A stretch of 64,000 nt of DNA from positions 1 to 64,000 of the IMG/VR virus record IMGVR_UViG_2929541355_000001; one strand, 5' to 3'. Below the pieces are notes generated by a model, which had not been told where the DNA came from, made no database searches, and saw nothing but the letters and a program-made list of their open reading frames with translations. The translations under genes and the position numbers were made by a program. The first letter of the stretch is position 1, and every line of letters starts with the position of its first letter. Shown here in pieces: positions 42,276 to 52,369 of the stretch. Source of the DNA: a virus. Its lineage: Duplodnaviria > Caudoviricetes.

Positions 42276-44153
42276 GTGGGCCTTGCCCGATTCATCGTCG
42301 ACCGGTGGAGCGCACTGAACTACAAGCGCGCGTTCGCCGACCCGGCGTACAAGCAGCCCAACCGTGAGGTCTTCCCTCACGCCATGCGCACCTGGGTGCC
42401 GAAGGAAGACCACCGGCGCCTCGCCTCGTACACCCTGTTCGCCGCCTACGCGCACAACCAGGCGTGGGAGATTGCGTCGATTCAGGACCACACCGACGCC
42501 TCCGCCCGGCGGGAGTTCGGCGACCCGGCCATGCTCGTCGCCGCGATCACCTCCCACATGCTGGGTCGCGAGCAGACCATCACCGTCACCGGGGCTGAGA
42601 ACGCCGAACCGTCCGACGGATCCACCCCGGACCCAGAAGCCGTGCACGCTGCCGCGGTACAGGAGCGCCTGCGCGCCTGGGCCAAGGCCGAACAGTTCGC
42701 CCTGCGCCTGCAGCAAGCCGAGCGTAAAGCGGTTCGCGAGGGCGACACTGTGTACCTGCTGGGCCTGGACGCAGCCAAGGGCCGGCCCCGCCTCTCCGTC
42801 ATCGACGCCGGCTTCTACTTCCCCGACCTCCCCGACAACGCTGGCGACTCCGCGGACTACCCCGACCGGATCCACTTCGCGTGGGAAGTCGACGCCGACC
42901 CCACCGTGTCCGGGGCCAAGGCCAAGCTCCGCCGCCTCACCTTCGAGCTCGGCCCGATCGGCACCCGCACCACCCCGGACACCGACGGCCCCCGACCCGT
43001 ACGCGTCCCCGCATACGACACCGACGGCGCAACCCCACTCATGACCGGCGGCGACGTCTACAACCCGGAGGCCGGCACGATCAGCCGCCTCTACCCGTGG
43101 AACGACACCCCGTCGACCATCACCTGCTACCTCACCGACGCCGAGTGGGACCTCGACGACATCAAGGCCGACCAGGACGTCCACACCCTCGACTACCGCT
43201 ACGCCACTTTCCTGACCCGCGACGACGGTGAAGTCCTCGACCACCTGGACCTCCAGCTGGACTTCATCCCCGCAGTCCACGTCCCGAACTCGATTCCCGA
43301 GGACGGGCACTGGGGCGAGTCATCCCTGGCGCCGCTCCTCCAGCTGTTCGACGAGCTGCAGGGCACCGACACCGACTCCTCTCGCGCCTCCGCGACCACC
43401 GGGGCCCCGATCCTTGGGATCGTGAACCCCGAGGCGAAGGGTGGCCGCCGCGGGGAGACGAAGAAGATCCGTGTCCAGCCCGGGATGTGCGTCGAGCTGT
43501 CGCAGGGCGGCAACCTCATCACCGTCGACACGTCCCCGCAGCTCGCCGAGCTCCGCAATAAGACCGCCGAACTGCAGGACCGGTTGTCCCTCAACGCCCG
43601 GATGCCCGCCGTGGCCCTGGGTGCCATCGATCCGACGAAGGCGCCGTCCGGGTTCGCGATCGACCTTTCCTACGGGCCGATGGACCCGATGCTCGACTCC
43701 ATGCACCTGCCGCGCGACGACAAGTACAGCCTGCTGTTCAAGATGGTCCAGCGCCTGTTCAAGGCCGGCCAGCACCCCGAGTGGACCGGCCCCGTCGTCG
43801 ACACCCGCCTCGTGTGGGGCACCTACAAGCCCACCGACAAGGCCGCCGTCCTGGAGCAGGTCCGCAGCGCGGTCAAGGACGGGGTGATGTCCCTGGAGAC
43901 CGGCATCCGCCTCCTGGACGAGGCCGGGTTCCCGATCAATGACGTCAGCGAAGAGATCGCGCGCATCCAGTCCCGCCAGTTCGAGCAGGCCCGTGCCCTC
44001 GCCGACGCCACCGGATCAACCGACGCTGTGGGTGACTTCCTCGGCATCGACATCAACCCCGACCCACCCCCTCCCGCGCCAGTACTGCCACCCACAGCGA
44101 ACCCCGCTGACCAGTCAGAGCAGCCGACCCAGGGGAGCAGGGGGAACGAATGA
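42276..44153 (+). CDS. portal protein
   Basis: position after TerL, 625 aa; FIPAVHVPN..WGES.L, APSG.AI, MS.ET.I motifs. Confidence 0.8.
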   Translation: MGLARFIVDRWSALNYKRAFADPAYKQPNREVFPHAMRTWVPKEDHRRLASYTLFAAYAHNQAWEIASIQDHTDASARREFGDPAMLVAAITSHMLGREQTITVTGAENAEPSDGSTPDPEAVHAAAVQERLRAWAKAEQFALRLQQAERKAVREGDTVYLLGLDAAKGRPRLSVIDAGFYFPDLPDNAGDSADYPDRIHFAWEVDADPTVSGAKAKLRRLTFELGPIGTRTTPDTDGPRPVRVPAYDTDGATPLMTGGDVYNPEAGTISRLYPWNDTPSTITCYLTDAEWDLDDIKADQDVHTLDYRYATFLTRDDGEVLDHLDLQLDFIPAVHVPNSIPEDGHWGESSLAPLLQLFDELQGTDTDSSRASATTGAPILGIVNPEAKGGRRGETKKIRVQPGMCVELSQGGNLITVDTSPQLAELRNKTAELQDRLSLNARMPAVALGAIDPTKAPSGFAIDLSYGPMDPMLDSMHLPRDDKYSLLFKMVQRLFKAGQHPEWTGPVVDTRLVWGTYKPTDKAAVLEQVRSAVKDGVMSLETGIRLLDEAGFPINDVSEEIARIQSRQFEQARALADATGSTDAVGDFLGIDINPDPPPPAPVLPPTANPADQSEQPTQGSRGNE

Positions 44154-44178
44154 CCCGGACCATGCTTTCCTTGGATCA

Positions 44179-44192
44179 AGGCGCGGGGCCTG
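44179..44192 (+). promoter_or_regulatory. late-gene leader motif, copy 3
   Basis: AGGCGCGGGGCCTG before scaffold RBS. Confidence 0.6.
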
Positions 44193-44218
44193 GAACAAGT
44201 TCGGGAGGACTTGCGCTT

Positions 44219-44962
44219 ATGCGTCGCCCCACGCAGCACCACAACACCCCTGCCATCCACTCCGTGTGGGCGCACCCGTACACCGGCATCCCTGGTCTCG
44301 GCGTGTTCTACAACGACGGCGGAGACCCGCCCACCGGTGGTGCCCCGAACCCGCAGGACCCCCCGAAGCCCGGCCCGCCCGCCACACCACGCACCTTCAC
44401 CCAGGACGAGCTCACCGCCCTGGCCGCGAAGGAGAAGGCCCAGGGAGAGCGTGCCGGCGCCAGGGCCGCGCTGGAGAAGTTCGCCACCGAACTCGGCTTC
44501 ACGAACGTCGAAGACGCCAAGGCGTTCATCGAGGAAGGCCGCAAGGCCAAGGAAGCCCAGCTGAGCGAGCAGGAGAAGAAGGAACGCGAACTCGCCGACC
44601 GCGAGGCCAAGGCCGACGCCCGCGAGAAGGCCGCCGAAGCCCGCGAACGCACCGCGAACCGACGCGCCGTCCTCGTCGGTCTCGGAGCCACCGGTGACGA
44701 CCTCGACGATGCCGCCGCCCTCCTGCGGGTCCCGGACGACGTCGACGACACGGACCTGCAGGAAGCGGCCGAGGCGCTGAAGAAGCGCCGCCCGGAGCTC
44801 TTCGGAGTGACCCGGCAGGCCGATCCGGCAGCAGTCCCCCCGGCCCCCACCGGGCTGCCCGCCGCGGGCGTACCCCGCCCCGGCGCCAACCAGCCCAAGC
44901 CCGGTGAGCGAGGCCTGGCCATGCTCAAGCGCCGAGGGAAGATTCCCGCCGACGCCAACTGA
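44219..44962 (+). CDS. capsid scaffolding protein
   Basis: TFTQDEL motif, coiled coil, L.KRRPELF. Confidence 0.85.
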   Translation: MRRPTQHHNTPAIHSVWAHPYTGIPGLGVFYNDGGDPPTGGAPNPQDPPKPGPPATPRTFTQDELTALAAKEKAQGERAGARAALEKFATELGFTNVEDAKAFIEEGRKAKEAQLSEQEKKERELADREAKADAREKAAEARERTANRRAVLVGLGATGDDLDDAAALLRVPDDVDDTDLQEAAEALKKRRPELFGVTRQADPAAVPPAPTGLPAAGVPRPGANQPKPGERGLAMLKRRGKIPADAN

Positions 44963-45060
44963 CCGCACCACCCGCACAATCTCGGGACCACGCCCCTCTC
45001 CTCGTGGACGCGCCACCCAGTCGGCGCCGCCTGAAACGCACACACCCTGAGGAGAGGGCA

Positions 45061-45807
45061 GTGAACGACTTCCAGCCCATGCGCACGAGCGAGGAAGCCA
45101 CCGCCGACCGGCCGTGGCTCGCCTCCCTCGTCGGCGTCCACGACGCCAACACCATCACCCTGGACCTGACGAAGTTCGTCGCCAGCGTCCACTACGAGGC
45201 CGGTACCGCCTTCCAGCCGCGGAACGTCATCAAGTCGGGCCTCCCGCTCGGCAAGGTCACCGCGACGGGCCTCTACGCTCCCTACGCGGGGCCGACGTCC
45301 GAGGTTCAAACCGTCACCGTCACCGGCACCCCGACCGGCGGCACCTACACGCTGACGTTCTCCGGACAGACCACTGCTGCGATCCCGTACAACGCGACCG
45401 CAGCGCAGGTGAAGACCGCACTGGAGAACCTGTCGAACATCGCGGCCGGAGAGATCACTGTCACCGGCGGCCCTCACCCGGGTTCCGCCATGGCCGTCAC
45501 GTTCAGCGGCCAGTTCATGGGCGACGACGTCGCCGCCATGACCGCGTCCGGCGCCAGCCTCACCGGCGGATCCACTCCTGGCGTCACCATCGGCACCTCC
45601 ATCGCCGGCGGCGCAGCCTCCGCCAGCGACGGCACCCAGATCTTCGCCGGGTTCCTCGCCACCGAGTCCCTGTTCGCGCCGGGATCCACCAAGACCAGCG
45701 GTGCGCTGCTGTGGTTCGGCGAGGTCTTCGCGGCCAAGTGCCCGATCCCCTTCGACCCGACCGACGTCGCCAGCGTCGCCCCCGGCGTCAACATCCACTA
45801 CCGGTAA
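45061..45807 (+). CDS. head decoration protein with Ig-like insertion
   Basis: IKSGLPLGKVTATGLYAPY ... AGFL; insert EVQTVTVTG.PTGGTYTLTF. Confidence 0.75.
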   Translation: MNDFQPMRTSEEATADRPWLASLVGVHDANTITLDLTKFVASVHYEAGTAFQPRNVIKSGLPLGKVTATGLYAPYAGPTSEVQTVTVTGTPTGGTYTLTFSGQTTAAIPYNATAAQVKTALENLSNIAAGEITVTGGPHPGSAMAVTFSGQFMGDDVAAMTASGASLTGGSTPGVTIGTSIAGGAASASDGTQIFAGFLATESLFAPGSTKTSGALLWFGEVFAAKCPIPFDPTDVASVAPGVNIHYR

Positions 45808-45822
45808 GCAAGGAGACCGACC

Positions 45823-46878
45823 ATGAGCACCACTCTCGACCGTCTCCTGCGGAACGTCACGCCGGAAGACCTCAACGTCTACATCAACGGGCTCCCCGTC
45901 CCGAACACGTTCGCGCTCACACAGAGCGTGATCCCGGAGCGGAAGATCTTCGGGCCGAAGTTCCGCATCACGTCTCAGCAGCGCCGCGTCAACGCAGCGA
46001 AGTTCCGGGCGTACAACACCCCGCACGCCCTCGCCAAGCGGCAGGCCGAGCGAGTCGTCAACGAGGGAATGCTTCCCTCCGTCGGCCAGACCCTGGACAT
46101 GGACGAACTGTCCCTGATCCTGTACCAGGCCAAGCGTGGCGCCGACGACCAGGAATTCATCCAGGCCCTGTACGACGACCTGGAACGGCACTTCACCTCC
46201 ATCAAGATCGCCATGGAGATCGCAGCCGGAGAACTCCTCACCACCGGCGTCGTCGACCTCCCCGGCCTCGGCCTGGACGTCGACTGGAACGTCCCCGACG
46301 CCAACAAGCCCGTCGCGGCCACCCCGTGGGACCAGGACGGAGCCACCCCCCTCACCGACGAGATGGCGTGGATCCGCTACCTCAAGAGCGTCGGCGCCCC
46401 GAAGCCGGCCCGCGTCATCACCTCCGAGCGTGCCGTCTCCGTGCTGGCCTCCAACCTGGAGTACCGCACCGCGTTCTGGAACTCCTCCAGCCCCAGCACC
46501 ACGCCTTCGACGACCCTGTCGCCGCCGGACGTCAACGCAGTCCGTGCCCGCTGGAACCTGCCCCCGGTCGAGATCTACGACGAGCAGGTCTGGTCCGACG
46601 ACCAGTACGTCCGCACCACCCCCGAGTCGCTGTGGGCCATGGTCCCTCCGAACCCGGACCAGTGGGCGCAGACCCAGTACGGCATCACGGCCGAGCAGGA
46701 CAATCTTGATGAGGGCGAGAACCCCGGCATCGAGGCCGCGCGGGAGCCGGGCATCTACGTCTCCTTCGAGAAGAACCAGAACCCGGTCTCCCTCTCCACC
46801 ACGGCCAACGCGATCGCGATGCCGGTCCTGTACGTCAACAACTTCCACATCAGCGCCACGGTGCTGTCGGAGGACTGA
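45823..46878 (+). CDS. major capsid protein (lambda E-like)
   Basis: AAKFRAYNT, LPSVGQ, E.AAGELLTTG...VDW.VP; position and size. Confidence 0.88.
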   Translation: MSTTLDRLLRNVTPEDLNVYINGLPVPNTFALTQSVIPERKIFGPKFRITSQQRRVNAAKFRAYNTPHALAKRQAERVVNEGMLPSVGQTLDMDELSLILYQAKRGADDQEFIQALYDDLERHFTSIKIAMEIAAGELLTTGVVDLPGLGLDVDWNVPDANKPVAATPWDQDGATPLTDEMAWIRYLKSVGAPKPARVITSERAVSVLASNLEYRTAFWNSSSPSTTPSTTLSPPDVNAVRARWNLPPVEIYDEQVWSDDQYVRTTPESLWAMVPPNPDQWAQTQYGITAEQDNLDEGENPGIEAAREPGIYVSFEKNQNPVSLSTTANAIAMPVLYVNNFHISATVLSED

Positions 46879-46881
46879 CTC

Positions 46882-47268
46882 ATGGCCAAGCTCGCACGGG
46901 CTGTGTTCGTGAGGGACCCGGACAAGCACCAGGACATCCTCCTGCGCGCGGGGGAGACGCCAGCACCGCAGTACGCGGCCCTGGTGAAGAACCCGGCGTG
47001 CTGGGAGGGCGGCAAGCTGCCCGCGGCCGCCAAGAAGCACCTCGCCGGCAGCGACGAGGGTGACAGCCAGGGACTGGGCGACAGCGCAGCCGCCCAGGAC
47101 GACGCCAGTGGCGGCGCCCAGGGCGGAGACGCTGACACCCAGTCCGACGAGAAGACGCCCACCGCGGGCGACGACTCCGACGACACCAAGCCGGCCGCCC
47201 GTAAGACGGCGGCCAAGAAGCCGGCCCGGGGCCGGACGGCCGCCGCTGAGGGCACCGGCGGCCAGTAA
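46882..47268 (+). CDS. hypothetical virion-associated protein
   Basis: LRAGE.P.P.YAALV.NP.CW plus low-complexity tail. Confidence 0.7.
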   Translation: MAKLARAVFVRDPDKHQDILLRAGETPAPQYAALVKNPACWEGGKLPAAAKKHLAGSDEGDSQGLGDSAAAQDDASGGAQGGDADTQSDEKTPTAGDDSDDTKPAARKTAAKKPARGRTAAAEGTGGQ

Positions 47269-47361
47269 GCGGTGTGTGGGCCCGGCACCCCTGGTGGGGC
47301 GCCAGAGCCGGGCCCACACCTGCACCCTTCCTTCCCGCCCCACACCTGACCGGAGGACCTG

Positions 47362-47697
47362 GTGGACGCAGCCGTACAGGCCTGGCTGATCTCCCAGCTC
47401 GGCACCGACACCGACCTCACTGACCTCGAGCTGCGCTATACCAGGCTCCGCACAGCACGGGCCGTGGCCATAGAGGTCGTCCGCGAACGCCTCGCCGGAC
47501 TGCTGGCCTCACCCGGCAGCGTCTCCGTGTCCGGCGTCGTCTCCGTGAACTTCTCCGCGAACATTGCCGCGTACGAACGGCAACTCACCATCCTTGAGTC
47601 CGGGGAGCCATCCGCACCGGACGATCCCACCGTTCCGGACGATGAGAGCAGCGACGGGCTTGGCCTGGTGTACCTAGTGGAACGGCCCCGCCGATGA
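47362..47697 (+). CDS. head-tail adaptor (putative)
   Basis: size, position, helical N-terminus. Confidence 0.6.
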   Translation: MDAAVQAWLISQLGTDTDLTDLELRYTRLRTARAVAIEVVRERLAGLLASPGSVSVSGVVSVNFSANIAAYERQLTILESGEPSAPDDPTVPDDESSDGLGLVYLVERPRR

Positions 47698-48527
47698 CCA
47701 CCCCAACGAGGCGCCGCACCCTCCGAGCTCGTCTCCTCAACTTCATTCGGGATGCCACCGGCCGACTTACTGCCGCCTGGCGCATCCTGACCACCGCACA
47801 GAACTGGCTCCTGGACACGCTTGCCGCCATCCGGCCCGGCCGCAGCGCCTCGGCCTGCATCCGCGCCGCTCAAGCCGTGTTCCAACGCAGCCTTGCCGAC
47901 TTCAACCGGGCCGTCGGAGCGTTCACCGAGCGCTGGGCCGCCACCGACCTCCCCCTCGCCTACCGCGAAGGCGCCTTCGGCATGCTCGACCGAGCCGACC
48001 GGCCCCGCCGCAGTTGGTCGTGGACTGCCCGCCACCAGGCATCCATCACCACCCTGTCGTCGCAGTACTACTCCGACCTCATGGGCCGCCTCCAGGAGGC
48101 TGTGCGCCGCGCCCAGGCATTCCTGCGCGCCGCCGTCGAGGCCGCCCGCCTGCGTGCCAGCCGGTTCGAGTACGGCTCGTTCAACCGCGAGGCCCTGCGC
48201 AACGAGCACCCCCTGGACACAGTCATCTACGCCAACAATGCTCGGCACCCCGTCGAAGCGTGGGCAGGGGCCGCCATCGCATGGCAGGCCGTGACTACCG
48301 CGAACGCCGGAGCCGTTGCTACCGCGTACGAACAGCTCGCCTGCACCCAGGTCAAGGTCCGTGACGGCGCCGACTGCGGCTGGATCAGCCACAAAGACCC
48401 TGACCGGGCCGACGGCACCATCCGCGACATCGACGACGCCCTCGCCCACCCCACAGCCCACGCCCACTGCATTCGGGAGTTCCTCCCGCACTTCGACCGC
48501 CCCGAGCCGCTGGGAGCCTTCGCATGA
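47694..48527 (+). CDS. minor capsid / MuF-like head morphogenesis protein
   Basis: DG.DCGW..H.DPD.A.G...HP.AH.HC.R. Confidence 0.65.
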   Translation: MTTPTRRRTLRARLLNFIRDATGRLTAAWRILTTAQNWLLDTLAAIRPGRSASACIRAAQAVFQRSLADFNRAVGAFTERWAATDLPLAYREGAFGMLDRADRPRRSWSWTARHQASITTLSSQYYSDLMGRLQEAVRRAQAFLRAAVEAARLRASRFEYGSFNREALRNEHPLDTVIYANNARHPVEAWAGAAIAWQAVTTANAGAVATAYEQLACTQVKVRDGADCGWISHKDPDRADGTIRDIDDALAHPTAHAHCIREFLPHFDRPEPLGAFA

Positions 48528-49015
48528 CAAAGCAGAAGATTGGGTCACAGCTCGATCAGCTGGGCCTGACGGTCGACATGGAGAACGGCGACCGCGTTGC
48601 CGAAGCGGTCGTGACCGTTACTACGTACCAGGGCGAAGGCATGCTGATGCATCACACACCCATTCGCGTACCCACCCCAGAGCCCAGGCCGGTGCCCTAC
48701 CCAGTGGAGCGGCGCGTCACCACGGTGGTCGATGCTGACCAGGTGCTCAGCGAAACCCAGCAGCAGCGCCTTCGCGTCTGGCTGGAGGCGAACGGCATCG
48801 ACCCGAAGTTCGTGTCCACCGGAGGGTCGATCACCGTGCACTCGCGCGCAGTGGACGGCAGCGAGGGCGCCTACAGGATTCGGTACACGGAGTACTGCCG
48901 GGACGAGAAAGGGCACAAGTTCATGGACCCAGGCGCCGGCGAGGCGGCGACAGTCGAACGTTGTGTCCTGCAGAGCGTGCCTCTCGACGAGGATCCGGAG
49001 GTGCCACTGCAATGA
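48524..49015 (+). CDS. hypothetical protein
   Basis: coupled; C-domain resembles N-domain of 13044-13622. Confidence 0.65.
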   Translation: MTKQKIGSQLDQLGLTVDMENGDRVAEAVVTVTTYQGEGMLMHHTPIRVPTPEPRPVPYPVERRVTTVVDADQVLSETQQQRLRVWLEANGIDPKFVSTGGSITVHSRAVDGSEGAYRIRYTEYCRDEKGHKFMDPGAGEAATVERCVLQSVPLDEDPEVPLQ

Positions 49016-49392
49016 ACGTCCCGAGCATGGCCGACCAGCCCCACCAGGTCCGCCTCACGTCCAACGGCCTCACCGGCACGGTGGAGGTCGACGGCTCCGA
49101 CATCAGCGCCCAGGTGCAGGGCTACAACCTCGAAGCCCGGGTCGGCGCCGCGCCGCTCCTCGTGCTGTACACCCGCCCAGGTGAAGGCGGTGTCACCTTC
49201 GAGGGCCTCGCCCACGTCGCCATCGGCGCCGAGCAGGACGCCGGGCCGTCCATCGCCGCGTTCCTCGGCAGCATCGACCCCAACACCCTCCAGCAGGCCG
49301 CCCTGAACCGGGACGACCTGGAGAACAGTAAAACCGGGGTCACCGCGGCGATCCTGGCGCAGCTCGCCGAGTGGGCGCAGGGGAGCAGCTGA
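49012..49392 (+). CDS. hypothetical protein
   Basis: G.VEVDG.DIS..V.GY.L; coupled. Confidence 0.65.
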   Translation: MNVPSMADQPHQVRLTSNGLTGTVEVDGSDISAQVQGYNLEARVGAAPLLVLYTRPGEGGVTFEGLAHVAIGAEQDAGPSIAAFLGSIDPNTLQQAALNRDDLENSKTGVTAAILAQLAEWAQGSS

Positions 49393-49847
49393 TGGCCGGC
49401 CTTGATGCAGCGCTCGCCGGCGTCACACGGTGGATCGGAACCAACCTTCTGATCGACACTGTGCGCATCGTGCTGCCGGGGGCCACCGAACCCGTCCTGA
49501 ACACAGAGACGGGTCAGCTCGAGTACCCGCAGAGCGACGTGCTGTATGAGGGGCCGGGTGCAATCGTCCCCGGTTCCGCGACCATGGAACGCTCCGCTGT
49601 TCCTGACGCCACGCAGCCGTGGGCCCAGCAGACCCGATCCTCGTACGTTCTCCTCACGCCTCTTGAAGCGCCGATCCCGCCGGAGAACGCCATCGCTTCC
49701 GCAGTCCAGGTCCATGACCCGCAGCGCACATCCCTGCTGGGCCGGACGTGGATCTGTGCCGACCCGGGCCAGGCTGGCACCGTCGAAGTGGTGCGCCGCA
49801 CCGCCCTGGGCCAGAACCGGGCCCCGCAGTCGGGAGGGACCCCATGA
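49392..49847 (+). CDS. DUF6093-like head-closure protein
   Basis: D.VRI......N.ETG......LYEGPG. Confidence 0.65.
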   Translation: MAGLDAALAGVTRWIGTNLLIDTVRIVLPGATEPVLNTETGQLEYPQSDVLYEGPGAIVPGSATMERSAVPDATQPWAQQTRSSYVLLTPLEAPIPPENAIASAVQVHDPQRTSLLGRTWICADPGQAGTVEVVRRTALGQNRAPQSGGTP

Positions 49848-50233
49848 CACCGGACGAGCTCGCCGACCGGCTGGAGAACGCCGCTGATCAACTCGGCGAC
49901 GCCATTGCCCGTCGGGTTGTGCACACCGCCGAACTCGGCCGGGGCATGATCAGGGCCAACGCCAGCGGCCGGCCGGGGCCGAACGTCATCACCGGGCGAT
50001 ACCGGTCGTCCTGGGAGATCACCGCCACCAGAATCCCGTACGGGGCGCAGTGCACCATCGGCACGAACGCACCGCAGGGCCGCCGCCTCGAGTTTGGGTT
50101 CTTCGACATGACCGACAGCATCGGCCGGCACTTCTACCAGCCACCATTCCCGCACGTCGGGCCTGCCGTCCCGCGCATGACTGCAACGCTGCGGGACCAG
50201 ATGGCCGGTGCCGTGCAGGAGGTGCTGTCTTGA
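49844..50233 (+). CDS. HK97 gp10-like neck protein
   Basis: PNVITG.YRSSW, GTN.PQ.RRLEFG, P.PH..PA. Confidence 0.8.
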   Translation: MTPDELADRLENAADQLGDAIARRVVHTAELGRGMIRANASGRPGPNVITGRYRSSWEITATRIPYGAQCTIGTNAPQGRRLEFGFFDMTDSIGRHFYQPPFPHVGPAVPRMTATLRDQMAGAVQEVLS

Positions 50234-50676
50234 TCGCACGCCTGCCCGTAACGATGGCTCTGTCCGCGCTCCTCGCCTCCGCGACGGGGTTTCCGGTCGG
50301 CCGCGGCCGCAAGCCGCTCGCCGACCCGCCGTACTACCTCCTGCACTCCGTCACCGCGGTGTACAGCGGCGCCCCGTTCAGCGACCTCCACGAGGACACG
50401 GCGCTCATCTACCAGGTGACCCCGGTGTCCGGCCCGGACCCGGACGTCCCTGACTCGCACGGAGTCGCCGACCAGGCCGAGCTGATGGCCGACCTCGCCC
50501 GCAAAGCCGTCCTCGGCCGCGACCCGGTGACCGGACTGTGGCTTCACGCCCTCGCCATCCCCGACGCGAACGTCATCGGACGCAGCCCAGACGCCGAACC
50601 GGGGGGATCATCCGACCCCACCGATGCCATCATGAGTTACGTGCAGAGGTTCAGGCTCGACCTGACCGCAACCTGA
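50230..50676 (+). CDS. tail terminator (putative)
   Basis: PPYY.L...YQVT.V...QAE..AD; precedes tail tube. Confidence 0.65.
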   Translation: MIARLPVTMALSALLASATGFPVGRGRKPLADPPYYLLHSVTAVYSGAPFSDLHEDTALIYQVTPVSGPDPDVPDSHGVADQAELMADLARKAVLGRDPVTGLWLHALAIPDANVIGRSPDAEPGGSSDPTDAIMSYVQRFRLDLTAT

Positions 50677-50809
50677 CCCCGGTCAGGCCTTCACCGCACC
50701 GCGGCGGGACCCCACGCGGACGCCACCACGCAGGTGGCCGCACCCACACACCACGTGTAAGGGGCCGGGTCCGCACCGCCGGATCGCCCCGGGACAAGGG
50801 GCCCATCCC

Positions 50810-51292
50810 ATGCCGGTCAAGAAGTACATGCGCCGCGGCACCTCGAAGTTCCACTTCCTCGAGACGATCGCCGCCGAAACCATGCTCCCCACCCGTACCG
50901 AGATCACCGCCGGTACCGAGTTCTCCGAGAAGATCGCCGCGATGGACGGCTGGACGGTCACGAACAACGAGATCGAAACGCCCGACATGGCGGACACCTA
51001 CGACTCGACGATCCCCGGATCCGACAAGGCCGAGACGTCCACGTTCACGTTCTACGAGGACGAGGTCGACGCCGACGTCGAGGAGATGCTCGCCAAGGGC
51101 ACCGTCGGATACGTCGTCATCTTCCGTAAGGGCGACGTCCCCGCGAACCAGTCCATGGACATCTTCCCGATCCGAGTCGCCTCCCAGTCCCCGCAGTACA
51201 CCGCGGACAACGAGGCCGCGAAGTTCGTCGTGACGTGCTCCATCACCTCCCGGCCGGTCCAGGGCGCCGCAGTACCCGCAACGACCCCGTGA
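50810..51292 (+). CDS. major tail tube protein
   Basis: PTR.EI.AG, I.TPD..., FP.RV.S; position. Confidence 0.85.
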   Translation: MPVKKYMRRGTSKFHFLETIAAETMLPTRTEITAGTEFSEKIAAMDGWTVTNNEIETPDMADTYDSTIPGSDKAETSTFTFYEDEVDADVEEMLAKGTVGYVVIFRKGDVPANQSMDIFPIRVASQSPQYTADNEAAKFVVTCSITSRPVQGAAVPATTP

Positions 51293-51393
51293 CCTGACCC
51301 CTCTCAGCTCCCGGCCGGGCCCGAGCAGTGTTCGGGAAGGGGCGCCGCACGGCGCCCGGCCGGGCCCCCTTCCCCTGACGGAGGACCCACCTC

Positions 51394-52316
51394 ATGACCA
51401 CGGCAAAGAAGACCACCGCCCCCATTCCGCCGCCCGCCGCTGTAGCAACGGACGCCCACTGGGCAGCCACCCGCGAACGGCTCCGCAACCGGGCCCGGCC
51501 CATCGCCCGCCTCACGATCTGCGACGACCACACAGCCAAGCAGGCTCTTGCCGAGGCCCAGTTCGACGTACAGCGGGCCCAGGACTCCGCCGACAGGGCC
51601 CCGGACGACGAAGCCGCCCAGACCAATCTGCGCGACGCCACGACAGCCCTCGTCCGCGCGAAGGAAGCATTCGACAAGGCGTCAATCCCGTTGCGGTTCC
51701 AAGCCCTGGACCGACGCACCTACAAGGAGCTCCTCGCCGCGCACCCGCCCACCGAAGACCAGGCCGAGGACGGCTACTCCTTCAACCTCGACACCCTCGG
51801 CCCCGTCCTCATCGCCGCGTCGTCCCTGGACGGGATGACAGAAGAAGACGCGGCCGACTTCCTCGACACCTGGGCACCGGCCGAAGCCGAGGCGCTCCTG
51901 AACACCGTATTCGGGGTGCAGCAGGAAGACCGCATGGACCTGGGAAAAGGCTGATCACGGATGACGTCCTGCGCGCAGAACTCCAGCTCTGCCACCACCA
52001 CGGCATCCCCCACAGTCAGCTCAAAGGCGCCGGGAACGGAACCTGGACGCCGAAGGACCGGATCAAGGCCCTCACCTACCAGGCATACGAGCAAACGGTG
52101 TGCCCCCAGTGCGGGACCCGCGAGTCCGAATGGGACCCCGAGTACGGCGGAGACCCCTACGCCTACGTCGCCAGCGCCCGTAAGTGCTTCGGGTGCGAGG
52201 AGATCCAGCGAGAGCAGCAACGGATCCCTGACGGGGTCGCTGGTGCCGGAATGAAAGTGGTGCTCCTGCCGGCCTCCGTGGCCGCGGCGATCGAAGTGCA
52301 GCAAAACCTGACCTGA
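51394..52316 (+). CDS. tail assembly chaperones G (51394-51954) and GT via -1 frameshift
   Basis: slippery G GGA AAA at 51942-51948 before TGA; -1 frame open to 52316. Confidence 0.85.
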
Positions 52317-52369
52317 CCCCGGGCGCCTGGCCCGGGTGGTGATTGAGCGACGAGGAGGGGTGCGAGCCA

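Noticed and set aside
44219-44330. Scaffold N-terminal VFYNDGG as a Prp-type cleavage motif
   Set aside because: Only loosely like the Firmicute LQFFA motif; cannot be supported from sequence alone.
44308-47343. 1011-aa minus-strand ORF and similar long antisense ORFs (1651-3291, 52163-53911, 32891-34546)
   Set aside because: Shadow frames of high-GC3 genes on the opposite strand; no recognisable motifs.
50690-50810. GC-rich leader of the tail tube gene as a tRNA or ncRNA
   Set aside because: No T-loop or cloverleaf and no recognisable family; probably a structured UTR.
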